Part shown: in pieces, positions 56,834 through 64,000 of the stretch | How positions within the stretch are numbered: the first letter of the stretch is position 1 | Layout of the letters: every line of letters begins with the position of its first letter | Source of the DNA: the human T2T-CHM13v2.0 reference genome, Homo sapiens | Reading direction: 5' to 3' (one strand) | DNA length: 64,000 nucleotides | Assembly: GCF_009914755.1 (NCBI RefSeq) | Contig: NC_060927.1 | The notes under the pieces: generated by a model | Told to the model about the DNA's origin: nothing | Seen by the model: the letters and a program-made list of their open reading frames with translations, nothing else | Database searches by the model: none | Position numbers and translations under genes: made by a program

Positions 56834-59800
56834 GTGAGTAAGAGTGTTTTGACTCTTTCATTCTTTTATGAGTTTCAATTTAAAATGTTTATTTTATTCA
56901 CACAGAGGCCCAGATTTCTTTCAGAGAACAAACTCATTACCAATGTCAGAACTCGCAAAACCTGCTGTTGGGTCTGAAACACACAAGTTTACCTATCAGC
57001 TTCCTCCCCCGCCTCCTACACCCACCCACTTTCAACCTGTTTCCAATATACACCAAACCTTCTCATAGAGCTTTGGCAGGGACCTGCTTTATGCATTGCT
57101 GTAGTTCAAACAGAGCAGAACAACAAACAAAGAATCTTTTTCCCGCACGTAACCATGAGTGGGGAAAATTATTCCCCTAAAGGACACACCCTGAAAAACA
57201 ACAGTAAAGAAGATGGAATAAAGCGAACAGATTACTGCTTAAAAGCTCACACACCCTACCACATTTAAACTTTTCCCTCTCTTGCTGAGCAGCATTTTTT
57301 GTGTTGTAGCCTTATCTTTGTCAGTAAATTTTCCAGTGGCATTCCAAAAAAAAAAAAAAAAAAAAAAAAAGGCACAAGATCAGACATTGGAGAAGAGATG
57401 CTGTAAGTTATAAAGAATAAAAGGGACAATAGAAATGCATTTCTGTAAGTAAAATCTTTAGTTCTACATTTGGCTTATGATCTCAAAGAAACTACAGTTT
57501 CATAGAGAACAGAGAACATATGTCCAACGTATCATGTAGCTCATTTTCCCACCCCTAACAGATCAATACCGATGGGATTTATTCTTATAGCCCCTGGACA
57601 GAGTTGATCCAGTACCTTTTTTTCTACATTTTTTCTTCTGGTGATCCCATCTTATAAAAATCCTCTGGCTTCTGACAAGTGTTCCAAATTCAACTGGATA
57701 GCAGCTTTAGTCGAATTCATCTGTCATAGACACTGAAAGGCATTTTTGTGTCTTGTCTTCGGTAAAATATGTTGCCAGGATGGTGGCTGGTGGCACCATG
57801 TCAAGTTTCCTGCCTTTTGCCTTCAAGTCCCTACCTTTGGCCATACTCTAATTTGAGCAGGTGAGTGATTTAGCAAGATTTTGGTCTACCGTTTTCTTGT
57901 TGTGAGTGGATCAGTTAACAAGGCCTGCAATTATCTCCCCACCAAACAACCTCAGTAATTACCACCAAGCACTCTGAAGCATTTAGATAACACCTTTCTT
58001 TTAGTGAAGGAAAAGTCCTAGGACTTTTTAAATGGTGTCAGATTTAGTATTATGTATCATATTAAATGAATGGGAAGGTGTAATTACTGTTGTTTTTTGC
58101 TGTTAAATTAATCGTCTTTACCTAGCCTCAATTTAAAATCAAGGTATGTAAATGACCTTTATGTTGGATATTTAGATACAATGTAGTCTTCAAATTAGAA
58201 ACAAGGCCTTCATTAATTTCCAGGCACAGAAATCTTTTCTATGCATTGTTTGGGCCTTTCATTTCTGTGAAGTCATTTTAGACAATACCAGGTCTTTTCT
58301 GAAGAGAAATAGTTTTGTAAAAGCCAAGTGACATAAATCAAAAAGAAAAGGTAGCTATCTTCATCTGAAACTGTCAAGAAAAATTCTGGTCAATTTACAA
58401 GAGGGTGATTATAGCAAGGCCACTAAGAAATGACTTCTAGAAATTAAATATACCCATTTAGTTAAAGCATGATTTTGTAACTACTGAGTATTAGTGGCAA
58501 AGTTAAACTGAGTGCATTTTTACGATAAGTTTAATAATTGGACTGGGGAAATGTGGAGATGTAGAAAGATAGAGCTCCGGAGGAAAAAGGAGAGGCTGGG
58601 AGATGTGGAAGAAGAAAGATGTAAATAAATCCATGGACACTAACACCTATTCTATATTCAATCACATTTATAAAATAAAAATCAGAAACTTCTACACCTT
58701 TCTGCTCTTTCCTTGCACTTATTAAAAAAAATACAAAAACATTTCATGTCTAATGACTTAACCTTGCCAAACATAGTTCTCTATTTACCAATAACAGGAT
58801 AGTATAATTATTATTATATATTATCTGTGTACATTATTTTACTCTGCTTCAAAAAGATATCAACAAAATGATAATTTTTTCAAGATTTTAAAAGATTGAT
58901 GAGTCCTAGCTAGTTACACAAGAACAAAAAGTTTTCATTTGTTTTTCCGAACATATAAAAATATAACATTAAATAACAAGGGCCATTTATGGTATTAAGA
59001 AAAATAAAACTCTTGGTACTATAAATTATTTTTATAATTGTGATCACCTATATCACCTTTCTTTTTATATGTAAGCCTGTCAAATCGTGCTCATTTGTGT
59101 ACCTAAATTGCAATGTATAGCATCTTACCATATGATATTCCTGTCTGGCTCAGAGAACCTGCTAACTCCCTAGGGCTCAATAAAATCTTATTTGTCTCAT
59201 CTAATGAAAGGATTTCAAGCCAAAACCCTCAAGCCAAAAACAATGTGATAGTACTCTCTAAACTCTGGACATTTCAGTACAATAATTCCTTTAGAAAAGA
59301 CAAAAAATAGGAGGCTTCTCTTCCCTGTTCCTGTCTTTGCAGTGTTGCTGATCAAAGACAGGAAGCTGAGTGTCTAGGAATACCTTAGTAGACTGGATTT
59401 ATGACGAATACTTTATTCTTGCTATTTTTGGTTATGAGAATTTGGAACTCTAAATCTATAGAAACAACACTACTAATAATATTTAAATCCAAAAGTTTCT
59501 AATTGAATTTATATATAGTTCCTAGGTGGCAAATTAATGAACTTATGAATAAAAAAGCTCATCTCTATATTTCCCAATATTTTCTTCATGTTAATACATA
59601 ATAATATAATATTATAAGAAGCAAGGAAGGTAGGAAAAAGTAAAAGGACATTTTCTCTAGACTAATTTTGGTTCTCCTGGATTAGTTGTCATGTGTAAAG
59701 TTATATATAAAAGTGCATTTATTACCAGGTGAGGCTCTAAGATACATATACTCTGCTTTTATGTTCTCTTGTCCTTTAGTTGCCTTGAATTTACCTCAAA

Positions 59801-61769
59801 CTAAAAGTTTCTGGTGAGTTCAGAACTGGGAATGTTGGCCAGGATATGCAGCATGATGATCCTAGCAATGAGGAGGACAACTGTTAAAAATCATGAAATG
59901 CTACCCAGTGTTTCCTCCAAGGAAGTGAAAAAAATAAAGGACTGAACCCATGATAACATTTTTATTCTATCAGTTTATTCTCTATGAAATTCTTCATTTC
60001 TGGCATGAGCCAAATCCCTTCAAGTTGGGAAGCTCTTTGTGAGGGGAAGAGAGGTAACAAATATCTCCTTTGTCTCACACTTGACTTCTTCAATCAAACC
60101 TATTACCTTTTCACATAAGGGGAGTCTCCAAAGCATTTCTTCCAACCCCACATGGCCATTTCTAGTCATTTTTGGTAGCCATGTGGAAAAGGATGCCATC
60201 AGATCTCGTCCCTTTTTTTTCTGCCATGTATTCATAACACCATGGCAGTATGAATTTGAACAAAATAAGTTAACAGCCATGTAAGTTGCTAATTTTTAAC
60301 ACTTATAAAACTGTGAGATTACCTATGTCAGGATAAGTAACATAAATAACACTATGTGTGTGTGTGTATATATATATCCTGTGTAAATGTACATAATAAC
60401 TCAATCATCTGACTTTGCTAGATGCTGGAGATAAAATGATAAATGAAGATGAGGACTGTATCTTTAGGAACTTGAAGTCAACACAATAAATGGTGTTTGT
60501 GAACCTTTCATTCTTGAAAGAATAAATTGTATCACTGGCAATGAAGAAATTTTTTTCAAGCCATCAGATTGTAGTAGAGCAGAATCAAATCAAGTTTTAT
60601 ATCAAATTTCCTTGCTTTTAATTTTCTATAAAACTGTTCTTTCAGTAAGACTTTTCTTTAATACTTTTGGCAAAGCTATAGAGTTTATAAATATTAAAAT
60701 AGTGATTCTCAGGCAAAAATTTTTGAGTCATATAACTGACTTTGTCTGCTGTCTCTTCATCTGATTCACTCTTTCTTTCTCTTTTACTTGTTCCTACTGT
60801 TATATTCTGGAATACCAGATCCCTGCTTTGTTTTAAACTTTTTTGATGAGTCCTCATCCTATTTATCATTTAAAAACCTATGACAGAATATCTATATCTT
60901 TGGCCTATTCTAAGATAATTTGTTAAAGGACTCACAAATTCTTTAAGTTAGGCAATAAAGAAGTTAAAGTCATTTGTCTTTTCCCTCACTAATAGACACA
61001 ATTATAATAAATTAAAATAATTTAAGGCTGCTAATGCTTCAATTTTGTTCCATCTGCCAAATGAGTTTATGAATTGTCTATTAAGATTTGAAGAAAATAA
61101 AGAAACAATAATCAAAAAGCATTAGACACCCATAATTTGTCTTTTTTGTTCTTTCTATTCTGATGTCATAGAATACTGTAGGTGTGTGATTACTGAATAG
61201 AAAATAGAGCTCACCAACTGCTACATTTGGGTAATTCCATTAAATGGCCACCTGTTGAGGACAATGCTGGCTATTCTCCTGGGCAAGTCTGTAGGTTGCT
61301 CTCCTGTATATTAGATGAAGAATGACAGAGATCTATGAGATCGTGGATTTACTCTGAAGTTTAAAACCTAATGCTCAGAGCAAGGAGGTAGTTTAAAACA
61401 ACAGAAGGTGGATTTGACCCTTAAATAAGTAAATCAGAGAATCATAAGTTGCATAAAGTTATCTGATGATAAAAGTGACCACAGCAATCATCTAGGAGTA
61501 TAAGAGGCATGTGAGCCAAGTACAAAAAAACAAAACTTAGAAGGGAGGAGCTCAGATCTTCATAAGAATATATACTAATTGTTTTTTATTTAACTTTTAC
61601 ATTTGTTTAATTTCTGAAGATTTACCTTACTTAATCCCTAGCTTAATCAGGAGGAATCTAAGAATATTAAGATGTTCTCTATAAGGTCACTTGTTGCTAG
61701 TTGTGTTCTAATCAGTTATTTCAGATCTTAAAGCTGAATTTTCACTTTTATGAAACTCTGATATCACAC

Positions 61770-62870
61770 GGGTAGGGTAGAGACACTTCTCCACATACTG
61801 TGCAACACTAGACAATTTAGTTACCCTTCTGAAATCTTATTTTCCTCATCTGTGATAGAGAAATGAAACAATAGCACCTACATCACAGGATCATTTTAAG
61901 TAATAAATCAAATCACTTATTCTTACATTCAATAAATATTTACTAGGTGCCAATTTTATGCAAGGCATTGTACCAGGCGCTGTGAGCAAAATGGGAAAAA
62001 CAAGACCCTTATCTTCTTAGCATTTACATTTTAGTGGTTTAGGAGAAATATAGTAGTAAATATAAATAAATATAATAAACACACTATCAAATCTGATAAC
62101 TAAGAAACAAATATTTTAATGTGAACAGGAAATACTCTTAAGCAACTAGGGAAATGAGACTGCAAAAGGAAATCTACCAATATAGTGTGTGCTATTGTGT
62201 AGTTTACCACTGTGGAAAGCTAGAGCTTAATCCCTCTAGAGAACTCTAGGTGTCAGTGAAGAACATTATGTTTCAAGAGCAATACCACATTGGGATCACG
62301 GGAGCTGGAATACTTTTAATATCAAATTTTATCAATCAACTTTTATCAATCATTGGTCAAGGGATGCTGAGTAGCTATGAGTTTATTTGGTAATTATGAT
62401 CTGCTCTGTCCATGAGCAGAGAAGTTCAGAAAAGAGAAAGGGGATACAGAGAAATAAAGGGTTCTATAGGGGGAAACATGTCAGGAAAGGACTGTAAGAG
62501 GAAGTGATATTTGAGCTGTTAACTAAATAAAGTAAGGAGGTGACTCAGTTAAATATCTTGGGATGACCTAGGTGTGGAAAACATAAATTCTAAGATCTTG
62601 ATGTGAAATCATGCTTGATACGTTTGTGACACAGTAAGAATGACAGTGTGGGAGAATACGACTATTGATAAAGATAATAAGGCCATGATGAGGGCTATAA
62701 GATTTATCTTAACTAATAAAAAGATGTTGAAAGGATTTTAAATAGGAGAATGATATAATCTAACATACCTTTTTAAATGATAGCTTTGTTTAATCATTAT
62801 TAAAGGTAGACCATCAGGGAATTAGAATAAACACATCAAGACCAATTAGGAGATTCTTGTTCATATTAGG
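61770..62870. mobile_element. MIR (+, ~61770-61910) then L2 (-, ~61915-62870), probably interrupted by an old ERVL-like LTR fragment (~62130-62460)
   Basis: tttcctcatctgtgatag (MIR core); cattcaataaatatttactaggtgcc (L2 tail); gagcttaatccctctagagaactct...cattggtcaagggatgct (LTR33/16-like, low certainty). Confidence 0.55.
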
Positions 62871-62872
62871 AA

Positions 62873-63312
<440 letters not shown>

Positions 63313-63342
63313 AGAAATCAAAAATGAAAAAAAAAAAAAACC

Positions 63343-64000
63343 TTCATTGAGATATGATTCACATACCATAAAATTCACCTGCTTAAAGTATACAGATTAT
63401 TTCCTCACTCAGGTATTAAGCCTAGTTCCAATTTGTTAGTTTTCCTTTACAATAAACCCCCATGACACAAGTTTGCCTATGTAACAAACTTGCACTTGCA
63501 CCCCTGAACTTAAAAGTTTTTTTTTTTAAGGTATACAGTCAATGGTTTCTTAATATTCGGAGTTGTGCAATCATTACACTTAATTTTAGAATATTTTCAT
63601 CACCTCCAAAATAAATGTGTATTCTTTTCCAGTCGTTCCTCATCTCTCTATGAACCTCAGGAAACCACTTATCTACTTTTTGTCTTTACAAATTTGCCTA
63701 TTCTGGATATCTGGATATTTTGTATAAGTTGAGTTATACAATAGGTGGTTTTTGTGACTAGCTTCTATCACTTAAAATGTTTTAAGGTTATATTTCATTG
63801 TGTGGATATACTACATTTTATTTATCCTTTCATCATTTGATAGACATTTCCATGTTTCCACTTTTTATCTATCACAAATAATGCTGCTATAAACATTTGT
63901 GCATATGTTTTTGTTTTTACACATGTCTTCATTCATTTTGGATAGAAAGCTGGGATAGAAAGCAATCAGAAAGCTGGATTGCTGATCATATAATAATTCT
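63343..64000 (-). mobile_element. Old L1M (L1MB-like) 3' end
   Basis: ttgagatatgattcacataccataaaattcacc...gagttgtgcaatcatt...ttttagaatattttcatcacctcc...ataatgctgctataaacatt. Confidence 0.85.
63396..63527 (+). mobile_element. Miniature 5'-inverted L1PA 3'UTR insertion
   Basis: Antisense 63396-63445 plus sense 63446-63527; TSD aaagtatacag (63385-63395) / aaggtatacag (63528-63538). Confidence 0.82.

Noticed and set aside
56549-56977. Longest ORF in the track (142 aa)
   Set aside because: Starts at a non-ATG codon, has no recognisable domain and shows AT-rich non-coding composition; only the internal exon-like part is kept, at low confidence
57346-57370. Orphan A25 run as a possible retrocopy tail
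   Set aside because: No upstream AATAAA at a suitable distance, no convincing TSD and no recognisable parent sequence

Overview
AT-rich primate (very likely human or other catarrhine) intronic or intergenic DNA. I see no recognisable protein-coding gene, rRNA, tRNA or CRISPR array. The ORF track is either repeat-derived (Alu, L1, THE1) or consistent with chance. Roughly half of the window is transposable elements: solo LTRs (LTR2/HERV-E, MER4-group, THE1C, MLT1, MLT2A1), a full-length THE1D MaLR element, several L1s, about 10 Alus, L2/MIR/L3 relics and DNA-transposon MITEs (Tigger3a, MER53). Many retain readable target-site duplications (TSDs). The most interesting structures are: (i) a minus-strand MLT2A1 LTR with a DUX4-type motif and internal GTGAGT donor pointing at two exon-like segments with GTAAG donors, a candidate LTR-driven lncRNA; (ii) a ~9 kb nest in which an old L1 hosts a younger L1, a THE1D and an inverted Alu pair, and both L1s keep both ends but lack their middles; (iii) two twin-primed L1 inversions, one only ~130 bp long. 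Subfamily names come from recalled consensus sequences and need RepeatMasker/Dfam confirmation. No new biological system can be demonstrated from the sequence alone.
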